Below, piece by piece: positions 8,555 through 18,423 of a stretch of 42,132 nt of DNA. Both the position numbers and the translations under genes were made by a program. This DNA comes from Betaproteobacteria bacterium (lineage in GTDB: Bacteria > Pseudomonadota > Gammaproteobacteria > Burkholderiales > SG8-39). The DNA lies in the NCBI GenBank assembly GCA_039931635.1, contig JBDTRO010000174.1, positions 1 through 42,132 on the forward strand, read 5' to 3'. Numbering within the stretch: position 1 is the stretch's first letter; each line of letters starts with the position of its first letter. The notes under the pieces were generated by a model. It was not told the origin of the DNA. It worked only from the letters and a program-made list of their open reading frames with translations, and ran no database searches.

Positions 8555-9547
8555 GTGAACGCGATCGAAGGCAAGCGCATCGACTGGATTCCGCCCGCCC
8601 TGATGCTGGTCATCGTGCTGGGCGCGCTCGCAATGATCGGCAATCCGTCCACCTGGGTTACGCTCACCGTCGCCGGCCTGGCGATGGGCCTGCTCATATT
8701 CATCATGTCTTCGGGCCTCACGTTGGTTTTCGGCCTGATGGACGTGATGAATTTCGCGCACGGTCTGTTCATTGCCGTGGGCGCCTATGTCGCCGCCTCG
8801 GTCATGAAGCTGTTCTCCGCCTCGGCTGGATCGGAGAGCTTCCTCGCCAATCTTGGCGCGGTCGTGCCGGCGGTGCTTGCCGCTGCGTTCGTTGCCGGCC
8901 TGCTGGGTCTCGCGTTCGAACGCATCATCATCAGGCCGGTCTACGGCCAGCACCTCAAGCAGATCCTGATCACCACCGGCGGCATGATCGTCGCCGAGCA
9001 GCTGATCCACGTCTTCTGGGGCCCCGACCTGCTGCCGCTGCCGCGGCCCTCGACCCTGCGCGGATCGTTCCTGATCGGCGACATGGCGATCGAGAAGTTC
9101 CGCCTGGTCGCGGTGGTCATCGGCCTGGCGGTATTCGCCGCCATGATGATCGTCCTGAATCGCACCAAGACCGGCCTGCTGATCCGCGCGGGCGTCGAGA
9201 ACAAGGAAATGGTCGAGGCGATGGGCTACCGTATCCGGCGCCTGTTCGTCGCGGTATTCGTGGCCGGTTCGGCCCTCGCCGGATTGGGCGGCGCCCTGTG
9301 GGGCATGTACCAGGAGAGCGTCAACGTCCATATCGGCGCGAATATGATGGTGCTGATCTTCATCGTCATCATCATCGGCGGCCTGGGCTCGGTGGGCGGC
9401 TGCTTCACCGGCGCCCTGCTGGTGGGGCTGGTGGCGAACTACGTCGGCTACCTGTCGCCCAAGATCGCGCTCGGCTCCAACATCCTGCTGATGGTGATGG
9501 TCCTGCTGTGGCGGCCGCAGGGGCTGTATCCGGTGAGCAAATCGTGA
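8555..9547 (+). CDS. LivH-like ABC permease
   Basis: GTG start after AGAGG; GLTLVFGLMDVMNFAHG, IIGGLGS, LWRPQGL. Start position uncertain. Confidence 0.88.
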   Translation: MNAIEGKRIDWIPPALMLVIVLGALAMIGNPSTWVTLTVAGLAMGLLIFIMSSGLTLVFGLMDVMNFAHGLFIAVGAYVAASVMKLFSASAGSESFLANLGAVVPAVLAAAFVAGLLGLAFERIIIRPVYGQHLKQILITTGGMIVAEQLIHVFWGPDLLPLPRPSTLRGSFLIGDMAIEKFRLVAVVIGLAVFAAMMIVLNRTKTGLLIRAGVENKEMVEAMGYRIRRLFVAVFVAGSALAGLGGALWGMYQESVNVHIGANMMVLIFIVIIIGGLGSVGGCFTGALLVGLVANYVGYLSPKIALGSNILLMVMVLLWRPQGLYPVSKS

Positions 9548-10560
9548 TCCACGCTCTCATTTCCGACGACCGTCCGCGCAGCAGGATTCTTGCCGTGCTG
9601 CTGGTGGCGATCCTCGCCGCGCTCGCCCTCGCGCCGTTCATTTTCCCCGGCACGCGCCCGCTGGATGTCGCGGCCAAGATATGCGTCTTCGTGCTGCTGG
9701 TGGCGAGCTACGACCTGCTGCTCGGCTACACCGGCATCGTGTCGTTCGCGCACACGATGTTTTTCGGCATCGGCGGCTACGGCATCGCGATTGCGCTGTC
9801 GCGCATCGACGTCAGCTGGTCCTCGATCGGTCTCGGCAGCGCGGCCGCCGTGGCGCTGTCCCTGGTCCTTTCGTTCCTGATTGGCCTTTTTTCGCTGCGC
9901 GTGAAAGCGATTTTCTTCGCCATGATCACGCTGGCCGTGGCCTCGTTCTTCGCCATTCTCGCCTCGCAGCTCTCGAACTTCACTGGCGGCGAGGACGGCA
10001 TCACCTTCAAGGTACCCGAGCTGATGCGCTCGCGGGTCGCGGCCTATTACCTCGTGTTCGGCACTTCGCTCGTACTGTTCCTCGCGCTGCTGCGGGTGGT
10101 CAATTCGCCGTTCGGCCGCGTGCTGCTGGCGATCCGCGAGAACGATTTTCGCGCCGAGGCGCTGGGCTACCGCACCGTGATCTACCGGACGATCGCCAAC
10201 TGCCTGGGAGCAGTGGTGGCGACATGCGCCGGCATCCTGTACGCGCTCTGGCTGCGCTACACCGGTCCGAATACGACGCTCGACTTCGCCATCATGATCG
10301 ACATCCTGTTGATGGTGGTGATAGGCGGCATGGGGACGATGTATGGCGCGGTAATCGGCGCCACGATTTTCGTCGTCGCGCAGAATTATCTGCAGGAAGC
10401 GATGAAGGCCTTCTCGGAGGCGATGAAGGGGGTTCCCCTGTTACCCGACCTGTTCCATCCCGACCGGTGGCTGCTGTGGCTGGGCGTGCTGTTCGTGCTC
10501 TCGGTCTACTACTTCCCGCACGGCATCGTGGGACAGTTGCGCGCGAAGGCACGGAAATGA
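9544..10560 (+). CDS. LivM-like ABC permease
   Basis: GTGA overlap with the upstream stop; SYDLLLGYTGIVSFAH, TGGEDG, SPFGRVLLAIREN, VIGGMGT. Confidence 0.9.
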   Translation: MIHALISDDRPRSRILAVLLVAILAALALAPFIFPGTRPLDVAAKICVFVLLVASYDLLLGYTGIVSFAHTMFFGIGGYGIAIALSRIDVSWSSIGLGSAAAVALSLVLSFLIGLFSLRVKAIFFAMITLAVASFFAILASQLSNFTGGEDGITFKVPELMRSRVAAYYLVFGTSLVLFLALLRVVNSPFGRVLLAIRENDFRAEALGYRTVIYRTIANCLGAVVATCAGILYALWLRYTGPNTTLDFAIMIDILLMVVIGGMGTMYGAVIGATIFVVAQNYLQEAMKAFSEAMKGVPLLPDLFHPDRWLLWLGVLFVLSVYYFPHGIVGQLRAKARK

Positions 10561-11396
10561 ACGGCAGTTCCCATTACATGCAATGCGAAGGCCGGGAGAT
10601 CCACTACACGCTGTGGGGTGCGGAACATCCCGCCACCGTCATCGCCTGGCACGGCCTGGCGCGCACCGGCAGGGACATGGACGAAATCGCGGCGCACCTT
10701 GCCGCGCGCTTCAGGGTCATCTGTCCGGACACCATCGGCCGCGGCCTGTCGCAGTGGAGCCCGGCGCCGGAAAAAGAGTATTGCCTGGATTTCTATGCGC
10801 GGCTCGCGGAGTCGATGGTCGGCCAGCTCGGGATCCGGGAGCTGCACTGGCTCGGCACTTCAATGGGTGGAGCCATCGGTATCCGGCTTGCCGCCGGGGC
10901 GCTGAAGGGACGCATCCGGCGCCTGGTCCTGAACGACATCGGCCCGCAACTTGGTGCGGCCGCCGTGAGCCGCATCCGCAGCTACGCTGGCAACCCGCCT
11001 CAGTTCGACCGGTTGAGCGAGCTGGAACAGTACTTCCGCGGCATTTACAAACCCTATGGCTGGCTGTCGGACGAACAGTGGCGGCGGCTTGCGGAGACCT
11101 CGGCACGGCGTACCGCCGAAGGCGGGATCACGCCGCATTACGACCCGAACATGGTGATGCAATTTACCCACCATCCGCAGGACTACGATCAGTGGGAGGC
11201 CTGGGACGCGATCGAAGCGCCGACGCTGTGCCTGCGGGGCGAGACCTCGGATCTGCTGCTGCCCGAGGTCGCCGAGGCGATGCGTTCGCGCGGTCCGCGC
11301 GCGGTGGTGGTGACGATTCCCGGCTGCGGGCATGCGCCCGCGCTCAACGTACCGGATCAATTCGCGCTGGTCGAACGATTCCTCAACGGGCGGTAG
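10557..11396 (+). CDS. Alpha/beta-fold hydrolase (esterase-like)
   Basis: Start MNGSSHY (ATGA overlap); WHGLAR, PDTIGRGLS, nucleophile elbow GTSMGG, RGETSD, GCGHAP. Confidence 0.9.
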   Translation: MNGSSHYMQCEGREIHYTLWGAEHPATVIAWHGLARTGRDMDEIAAHLAARFRVICPDTIGRGLSQWSPAPEKEYCLDFYARLAESMVGQLGIRELHWLGTSMGGAIGIRLAAGALKGRIRRLVLNDIGPQLGAAAVSRIRSYAGNPPQFDRLSELEQYFRGIYKPYGWLSDEQWRRLAETSARRTAEGGITPHYDPNMVMQFTHHPQDYDQWEAWDAIEAPTLCLRGETSDLLLPEVAEAMRSRGPRAVVVTIPGCGHAPALNVPDQFALVERFLNGR

Positions 11397-11399
11397 AAT
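11394..11399 (+). promoter_or_regulatory. Possible sigma-70 -10 element for the M20 peptidase gene
   Basis: TAGAAT overlaps the hydrolase stop; GGAGG RBS follows before ATG 11421. No clear -35. Confidence 0.35.
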
Positions 11400-11420
11400 C
11401 CTGCGTTCTGGAGGATCACC

Positions 11421-12923
11421 ATGAACGCACGCGACCACAGCCAACCCCTGCCATCCGATCAAACGAACGCCCTGGCCGCCTTCGCCGGGCGCGCCTGGGA
11501 CGAGGAGATCGTGCCGGCGCTCACGCGCTATGTGGCAATTCCGGCCAAGAGCCCGATGTTCGATGCGAACTGGGAGCGCAACGGGTACATCGAGCGCGTG
11601 ATCACGGATGCGGCGGCCTGGATTGAAAGCAAGAAGGTGCCCGGCCTGAAGCTCGAGGTCGTCCGTCTCGCTGGCCGCACGCCGGTTATTTTCTTCGACG
11701 TGCCGGCGACGCGGCCTGGCGGCAACGAGTCCAAGGCCGGCACCATCTGCCTTTATGGCCATCTGGACAAGCAACCCGAATTCAACGGCTGGCGCGCAGA
11801 CCTCGGCCCGTGGACGCCGAAGTACGAGAACGGCAAGCTGTACGGTCGCGGCAGCGCCGACGATGGCTATGCGGTGTACGCGGCGCTCACCGCCATCATG
11901 GCGCTGGACAAGCAGGGCATCCCGCGGCCGCGCTGCGTGGGCATCATCGAGAGTTGCGAGGAAAGCGGTTCGCCAGACCTGCCCGCCTACCTGGAACTGT
12001 TGAATCCGCGCCTTGGCGATGTAGCGCTGGTTGTGTGCCTGGATTCCGGCGCCGGAAACTACGACCAGCTATGGCTCACCACCAGCCTGCGCGGCCTGGT
12101 CAGCGGCGTACTGAACGTCGAGATATTGACAGAGGGCATCCATTCGGGGGACGCGAGCGGTCTGGTGCCTTCGAGCTTCCGCATCCTGCGCCACTTGCTC
12201 GAACGGCTGGAGGACAGCAAGACCGGGCGCCTGCTGCCCGATAGTTTTCATTGCACGATACCGGATGGACGCGTTGACCAGGCGCGCGCCACCGCCGCGA
12301 TCGTCGGCGACGAAGTCTGGAAGCGCTTCCCGTGGGCCTGCGGCGCGGACGGCGGCCCGACCCTGCCGACCACGACCGACCGGCTGGAAGCCCTGCTGAA
12401 CCGCACCTGGCGTCCGGCGCTGTCCGTTACGGGCGTGGAGGGCTTTCCGGATCTCGGCAGCGCCGGTAACGTGTTGCGGCCCTACACGGCGTTCAAGCTG
12501 AGCCTGCGCCTGCCGCCGCTGGTCGATGGCGCGCAGGCTGCGGCCACGCTCAAGTCTCTCCTCGAAGACAACGCGCCGTACAACGCGCGCGTCACGTTCC
12601 GCGCCGATGGCCGCGCCGGCGGCAAGGCGGGTGAACCGTCAGGCGCCACCGGCTGGAACGCACCGGATCTCGCGCCATGGCTGGAAACCGTCCTGAATGC
12701 CGCGTCGCAAGCGCACTACGGCGCACCGCTGGGCTACATGGGCCAGGGCGGCACCATCCCGCTCATGAGCATGTTGCAAAAAGGCTTCCCGAAGTCGCAG
12801 ATGATGGTCTGCGGCGTGCTCGGCCCGAGGAGCAACGCGCATGGGCCGAACGAGTTCCTGCACGTTCCCTACGGCAAGCGGCTCACCGCGGCGGTCGCGC
12901 AGGTGATGGCGGCCTGTCCGTAG
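11421..12923 (+). CDS. M20/M25/M40 metallopeptidase (DapE/ArgE/dipeptidase-like)
   Basis: GHLDKQP, LYGRGSADD, EESGS, CLDSG, HSG and NAHGPNE metal/catalytic motifs. Confidence 0.92.
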   Translation: MNARDHSQPLPSDQTNALAAFAGRAWDEEIVPALTRYVAIPAKSPMFDANWERNGYIERVITDAAAWIESKKVPGLKLEVVRLAGRTPVIFFDVPATRPGGNESKAGTICLYGHLDKQPEFNGWRADLGPWTPKYENGKLYGRGSADDGYAVYAALTAIMALDKQGIPRPRCVGIIESCEESGSPDLPAYLELLNPRLGDVALVVCLDSGAGNYDQLWLTTSLRGLVSGVLNVEILTEGIHSGDASGLVPSSFRILRHLLERLEDSKTGRLLPDSFHCTIPDGRVDQARATAAIVGDEVWKRFPWACGADGGPTLPTTTDRLEALLNRTWRPALSVTGVEGFPDLGSAGNVLRPYTAFKLSLRLPPLVDGAQAAATLKSLLEDNAPYNARVTFRADGRAGGKAGEPSGATGWNAPDLAPWLETVLNAASQAHYGAPLGYMGQGGTIPLMSMLQKGFPKSQMMVCGVLGPRSNAHGPNEFLHVPYGKRLTAAVAQVMAACP

Positions 12924-12941
12924 ACAGGCGCGCGGGGCAGG

Positions 12942-13121
12942 CTACTTCTTGTTGTGCGCGGCGACGTCGGCGCGGCCGCGATGCTTGCCGCGGCCGATGG
13001 CGCCTTTGCGCAGCTGCGAGCCGAAGTTGAAGCTGTTGTCGCCTGCCTCTTTGGCGCGCTCGCGCATCTTCTGCTCGGCGATGGATTCGTTTTTCAGGGC
13101 CGAGCCGTATTTGCGTTTCAT
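12942..13121 (-). CDS. Small basic hypothetical protein (59 aa)
   Basis: Hand translation MKRKYGSALKNESIAEQKMRERAKEAGDNSFNFGSQLRKGAIGRGKHRGRADVAAHNKK*. Purine-rich GGGAAG upstream, TAGAAT at 13173-13178, GC-ending codons, fills the tatC-M20 gap. Apparently just below the ORF-track cutoff. Confidence 0.7.
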   Translation of the reverse strand: MKRKYGSALKNESIAEQKMRERAKEAGDNSFNFGSQLRKGAIGRGKHRGRADVAAHNKK

Positions 13122-13185
13122 GGGTGCTTCCCGGTCTGTTCTGGTACGTAAAGGTTAATAGGCAGGGGCGCGATTCTACCCGAGC

Positions 13186-13947
13186 TTAAGGCGTTGTCGA
13201 CTGGCCCTGGTTTTCGGGGCCTGCGGCCTTCGTCCGTACCCCGACAAAGCGCGAAACAAACAGGCCGGCCTCGAACAGCAGGCACATGGGCACCGCGAGC
13301 ATGAACTGCGACAGCACGTCCGGGGGGGTCACCACCGCCGCGACGACGAAGGCGCCAACGATTACGTAGGGGCGCGCCGCCGTCAGCTTCTCGACGCTGA
13401 CCACGCCGGAGCGCACCAGGACGATCACCGCAATCGGGATCTCGAACGTGACGCCGAAAGCGATGAACATGGTGATGACGAACGAGAAATAGGCCTCGAT
13501 GTCCGGCGCCGGAGTGATGGACTTGGGGGCGAAATCGTTGATGAACTTGAATACCGTGCCGAACACGAAGTAGTAGCAGAACGCGACGCCGATCAGGAAC
13601 AGCACGGTGCTCGCGAAGATCAGTGGTACCGCGAACGTTTTCTCGTGCTCGTAGAGACCGGGCGCGACAAACGACCAGGCCTGGTACAGCACGTACGGCA
13701 GCGCGACCATGAACGCCACCATCGCCGTCACCTTCATCGGCACCATGAACGGCGTGATCACGCCGGTGGCGATCATCTTGGTTCCTTCGGGCAGCGCGTG
13801 CATCAACGGCGCGGCAAGGAAATCGTAGATCGCGCCCGAACCCGGGTACAGGAACAGCACCACGAACGCCGCCAGTACCGCCACCAGCGCATGCATCAAC
13901 CGCGTGCGCAGCTCGACCAGGTGCGAAATGAAGGTGTCCTGCTGCAC
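13186..13947 (-). CDS. tatC: Twin-arginine translocase TatC
   Basis: HLVELRTRL, YQAWSFVAPGLYEHE, FEIP, TPPD. Confidence 0.97.
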   Translation of the reverse strand: MQQDTFISHLVELRTRLMHALVAVLAAFVVLFLYPGSGAIYDFLAAPLMHALPEGTKMIATGVITPFMVPMKVTAMVAFMVALPYVLYQAWSFVAPGLYEHEKTFAVPLIFASTVLFLIGVAFCYYFVFGTVFKFINDFAPKSITPAPDIEAYFSFVITMFIAFGVTFEIPIAVIVLVRSGVVSVEKLTAARPYVIVGAFVVAAVVTPPDVLSQFMLAVPMCLLFEAGLFVSRFVGVRTKAAGPENQGQSTTP

Positions 13948-13949
13948 GG

Positions 13950-14300
13950 CTAGCCGGTTTTCTCGGGCAGCTTGGGCGCCTCGACGGCCTCCGCTGCAGC
14001 CGCGGTGGTTGACGTGTCCAGACTGGCTGCCGCGTTCAATTCGCTTTCGGTCCTGTTGAGTTCGCCTTGCACGGAATTCTCGATCCCGGTGGCCGCCTCC
14101 TGCACCGAATCCTTCATCTTGCGTAGTTCGTCCAACTCGACCTCGCGGTTGATGTCGGCCTTGATGTCGGCGACGTAGCGCTGCAACCGCCCGGCCAGGT
14201 GTCCGAGCGTGCGCGCGACGCCTGGCAGGCGCTCCGGCCCGATCACGATCAACGCGACCAGACCGATGACCATCAGTTCAGAAAAGCCGATGTCGAACAC
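13950..14300 (-). CDS. tatB: Twin-arginine translocase TatB
   Basis: MFDIGFSEL...GPERLP. Confidence 0.97.
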   Translation of the reverse strand: MFDIGFSELMVIGLVALIVIGPERLPGVARTLGHLAGRLQRYVADIKADINREVELDELRKMKDSVQEAATGIENSVQGELNRTESELNAAASLDTSTTAAAAEAVEAPKLPEKTG

Positions 14301-14310
14301 GCGGGACCCT

Positions 14311-14342
14311 AGAGAACAAACGGGCGCCCGCTGGGCGCCCGT
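14311..14342 (-). terminator. Stem-loop / weak intrinsic terminator between tatA and tatB
   Basis: Minus strand ACGGGCGCCC-AGC-GGGCGCCCGT followed by TTGTTCTCT. Confidence 0.65.
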
Positions 14343-14364
14343 GGCATGAAAAGTTTGGAAAAGA

Positions 14365-14595
14365 TCAGGCCTTGGACTCGGTCTTCGCCTTGACCTCGCC
14401 CTCGACCGTCTTGCCGGTCACCTGCGGCGCGACGCCGGCGTCCGCGGCTTTTTCGCCGCCTTCGCGTATGCCGTCCTTGAAGCCGCGCACCGCGCCGCCA
14501 AGATCAGCGCCGATGTTGCGCAGCTTTTTGGTGCCGAACACGAGCATCACGATCACCAGAACGATCAGCCAATGCCAGATGCTGAGCGAGCCCAT
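14365..14595 (-). CDS. tatA: Twin-arginine translocase TatA
   Basis: [40 protein letters not shown]; AGGAG RBS. Confidence 0.97.
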   Translation of the reverse strand: MGSLSIWHWLIVLVIVMLVFGTKKLRNIGADLGGAVRGFKDGIREGGEKAADAGVAPQVTGKTVEGEVKAKTESKA

Positions 14596-14605
14596 AGAGT
14601 TTCTC

Positions 14606-14968
14606 CTATTTCCTCTTTGAAATCATGGGGCCCAACGGTTCAGGACCCCCGATCACGTGCATGTGGACATGATACACCTCCTGATGCCCCACCCGCCCGG
14701 TGTTGATGATGGTACGGAAGCCTTCGGTGGCCCCCTCCTTGCGGGCAAGTTCGCCGGCCAACACCAGCATCTTCCCCAGCGCGCGATGTTGCGCCATGCC
14801 CGCATCGTAAAGCGTCGCGACGTGCTCCTTCGGAATGATCAGGAAATGCACGGCGCCCTGGGGCCGGACATCGTGAAAGGCGAGCACATCCTCGTCCTCG
14901 TGCACTTTTTTCGAGGCAATCTCGCCGCGCACGATCTTGCAGAACAGGCAGTTGGGGTCTCCGGTCAC
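14606..14968 (-). CDS. Histidine triad (HIT/HINT) nucleotide-binding protein
   Basis: CLFCKI and the HxHxH triad in [13 protein letters not shown]. Confidence 0.93.
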   Translation of the reverse strand: MTGDPNCLFCKIVRGEIASKKVHEDEDVLAFHDVRPQGAVHFLIIPKEHVATLYDAGMAQHRALGKMLVLAGELARKEGATEGFRTIINTGRVGHQEVYHVHMHVIGGPEPLGPMISKRK

Positions 14969-15282
14969 TTTTTCCTCGACGCTTTTTCATCCAGTCCCGG
15001 TATGCCCTCGCGCCGCTGCAATTCGGCCAGCACGTCGGCGGGCTTGAGGCCGTGCCGCGCAAGGAGAATCATGCAGTGGAACCACAGGTCGGCGGTTTCC
15101 CGCACCAGGTGCAGCCGGTCGCCGCCCTTCGCCGCGAGCACCGTTTCGGTCGCTTCCTCGCCGATTTTCTTCAGCACGGCGTCTTCATCTGCGGCGAGCA
15201 GTCGCCCGACGTAGGACTTCTCCGGGTCGGCGCCCTTGCGCGCCTCGATGGTGCGGGCCAGCCGTTCCAGGATATCGCTCAT
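14965..15282 (-). CDS. hisE: Phosphoribosyl-ATP pyrophosphatase
   Basis: From MSDILERLA; [17 protein letters not shown]. Confidence 0.95.
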   Translation of the reverse strand: MSDILERLARTIEARKGADPEKSYVGRLLAADEDAVLKKIGEEATETVLAAKGGDRLHLVRETADLWFHCMILLARHGLKPADVLAELQRREGIPGLDEKASRKK

Positions 15283-15661
15283 TTTTTGTAGATGGCCGCC
15301 GGATCCATGAGCACCGGATCCGTCGTCACCCAATTCCCATTCTCTAGTTTGCGGAAAAAACAGCTTTCGCGCCCGGTATGGCAGGAGATGCCGCCCGCCT
15401 GGTCCACGCGCAAAAGGATCGCATCGGAATCGCAGTCCAGGCGCAGTTCGCGCACCGTTTGCGTGAAGCCGGATTCCTCGCCCTTGCGCCAGAGCTTCTT
15501 GCGCGAGCGCGACCAGTAGACCGCCGCGCCGCTCTTTGCCGTCTCGGCCAGCGCCTCGCGGTTCATCCACGCGAGCGTCAGCACCCTGCCCGAGGCGAAT
15601 TCCTGCGTCACTACCGGGATCAGTCCCTCGCCGTTCCACGGCACTTCATCCAGCCATTCAG

Positions 15662-15665
<4 letters not shown>
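15279..15665 (-). CDS. hisI: Phosphoribosyl-AMP cyclohydrolase
   Basis: [32 protein letters not shown]. Confidence 0.96.
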
Positions 15666-16420
<755 letters not shown>

Positions 16421-16422
16421 CG

Positions 16423-17196
16423 CTATTCCTTGGCGGGCGGCTTGGCTGCCGGTATTTCGGTCGCCTTGTCCGCTGCGGCCTGCGCCCTCTTGAAATCGAG
16501 CGCGCCCTCGTAAAGCGCCCTGCCGGTGATCGCCCCGATCACGCCTTCAGGCGCGAGCTTGCTGCAGATCGTCTGCACATCCTTGAGATTGCTCAGGCCG
16601 CCGCTGGCGATAATCGGAGTCCTGATGGCCTGCGCGAGCTTGAAAGTGGCGTCGATGTTCACGCCGGTCATCATGCCGTCGCGCCCGATGTCGGTATAGA
16701 TCAGCGCCTCGGGTCCGTAGTCCTCGAATTTTTTTGCCAGATCGACGACGTCGTGGCCGGTCATCTTCGACCAGCCTTCCACCGCGACCTTGCCGTCCTT
16801 GGCGTCCAGGCCGACGATGATATGTCCGGGAAACGCGTAGCAGGCGTCGGAGAGGAAGCCGGGATTCTTCACAGCCGCCGTGCCGATGATGATGTAGGAG
16901 ACACCGGCGTCGATGTAGCCCTCGATGGTGTCCAGGTCGCGGATGCCGCCGCCCAGCTGGATCGGGGTTTTCTCGCCCACCGCCTTGATCATCTCGCGGA
17001 TGATTTTCTCGTTCTTCGGCCGGCCGGCGACGGCGCCGTTCAGGTCCACGATGTGCAGGCGCCGGGCGCCCTGGTCCGACCAGTATTTCGCCATCGCCAC
17101 CGGGTCTTCCGAAAACACGGTCGCCGAATCCATGCGCCCCTGCTGCAAGCGCACGCAGTGGCCGTCCTTGAGATCGATAGCGGGGATGATCAGCAC
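16423..17196 (-). CDS. hisA: ProFAR isomerase
   Basis: [39 protein letters not shown]. Confidence 0.97.
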   Translation of the reverse strand: MLIIPAIDLKDGHCVRLQQGRMDSATVFSEDPVAMAKYWSDQGARRLHIVDLNGAVAGRPKNEKIIREMIKAVGEKTPIQLGGGIRDLDTIEGYIDAGVSYIIIGTAAVKNPGFLSDACYAFPGHIIVGLDAKDGKVAVEGWSKMTGHDVVDLAKKFEDYGPEALIYTDIGRDGMMTGVNIDATFKLAQAIRTPIIASGGLSNLKDVQTICSKLAPEGVIGAITGRALYEGALDFKRAQAAADKATEIPAAKPPAKE

Positions 17197-17223
17197 GGGG
17201 TGCTGCGAGCCGAAATCAGAAGC

Positions 17224-17835
17224 CTAAGGCATCCATTGGACGAAGTTGGACAGCAACTGCAGGCCGCTGTTCTGGCTTTTCTCAGGGTGGAACTGCACGG
17301 CAAAGATGTTATCCCGCGCCACCGCGCAGGTAAAGCTGATGCCGTAGTCGCAGGTGCCGGCGGTCATCGAGCGGTCGGCCGGCTCGGGGTAGTAGCTGTG
17401 CACGAAATAGAAGCGGCTGCCGTCCGCGATGCCATTCCACAGGGCGTGGGGGCGCTGCTGCATCACCTCGTTCCAGCCGATGTGCGGGATTTTCAACCCC
17501 ATGGCTTTGAAGCGCGGCACGCGGCCCGGGAGCAGTCCGAGGCCCGCGGTGTCGCCTTCCTCGCCGCGCTCGAACAGCATCTGCAGGCCGATGCAAATGC
17601 CCAGAAATGGCTTGCTGCCCGCCGCCTCGATCACCGCATCGCGCGCGCCGCTGGCCGCGAGCTGGCGCATGCAGTCGGGCATCGCGCCCTGCCCGGGAAC
17701 GACCACGCGGTCCGCGGCGCGAATGGCTGCGGGATCGGAGGTCACGCGCACATGGTCGCGCGGCGCGACATGCTCGAGCGCCTTCGACACGGAGCGGATG
17801 TTGCCCATCCCGTAGTCAACGACCGCAATGTTCAA
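17224..17835 (-). CDS. hisH: Imidazole glycerol phosphate synthase, glutaminase subunit
   Basis: DYGMGN, GICIGLQ, YFVHSY, QFHPEKS; TTG start. Confidence 0.96.
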   Translation of the reverse strand: MNIAVVDYGMGNIRSVSKALEHVAPRDHVRVTSDPAAIRAADRVVVPGQGAMPDCMRQLAASGARDAVIEAAGSKPFLGICIGLQMLFERGEEGDTAGLGLLPGRVPRFKAMGLKIPHIGWNEVMQQRPHALWNGIADGSRFYFVHSYYPEPADRSMTAGTCDYGISFTCAVARDNIFAVQFHPEKSQNSGLQLLSNFVQWMP

Positions 17836-18423
17836 CTAGAGCGAGCCCTTGGTTGACGGCACGGAGCCCAGCGCGAGCGGATCGGGCTCCGCGGCCATGC
17901 GCAGCGCGCGCGCGAAGGCCTTGAACATCGTCTCGCACTGGTGGTGCGCATTGTCGCCGCGCAGGTTGTCGATATGCAGCGTCACCTGGGCGTGGTTGAC
18001 GAAACCCTGGAAGAACTCATGCACCAGGTCGGCGTCGAATTCGCCGATCAGCGCGCGCGTGAACTTGACGTTGTACGAGAGTCCGGGCCGGCCGGAGAAA
18101 TCGATCACCACGCGCGACAGGGCCTCATCCAGAGGCACGTAGGCATGGCCGTAGCGCCGGATGCCGGACTTGTCGCCGACCGCCTTGTAGAACGCCTGGC
18201 CGAGCGTGATGCCGATATCCTCGACCGTGTGGTGCGCGTCGATGTGCAGGTCGCCCCTGGCCTCGATATCCAGATCCACCATGCCGTGGCGCGCCACCTG
18301 GTCGAGCATGTGCTCGAGGAAGGGAATGCCCGTGGCAAGCGTGGCCACGCCCTTGCCGTCAAGGTTCAGCTTGACGCGGATCTGCGTCTCTTTGGTCTTG
18401 CGTGCGACTTCTGCCGTTCTCAT
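17836..18423 (-). CDS. hisB: Imidazoleglycerol-phosphate dehydratase
   Basis: From [13 protein letters not shown]; [20 protein letters not shown]. Confidence 0.96.
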   Translation of the reverse strand: MRTAEVARKTKETQIRVKLNLDGKGVATLATGIPFLEHMLDQVARHGMVDLDIEARGDLHIDAHHTVEDIGITLGQAFYKAVGDKSGIRRYGHAYVPLDEALSRVVIDFSGRPGLSYNVKFTRALIGEFDADLVHEFFQGFVNHAQVTLHIDNLRGDNAHHQCETMFKAFARALRMAAEPDPLALGSVPSTKGSL

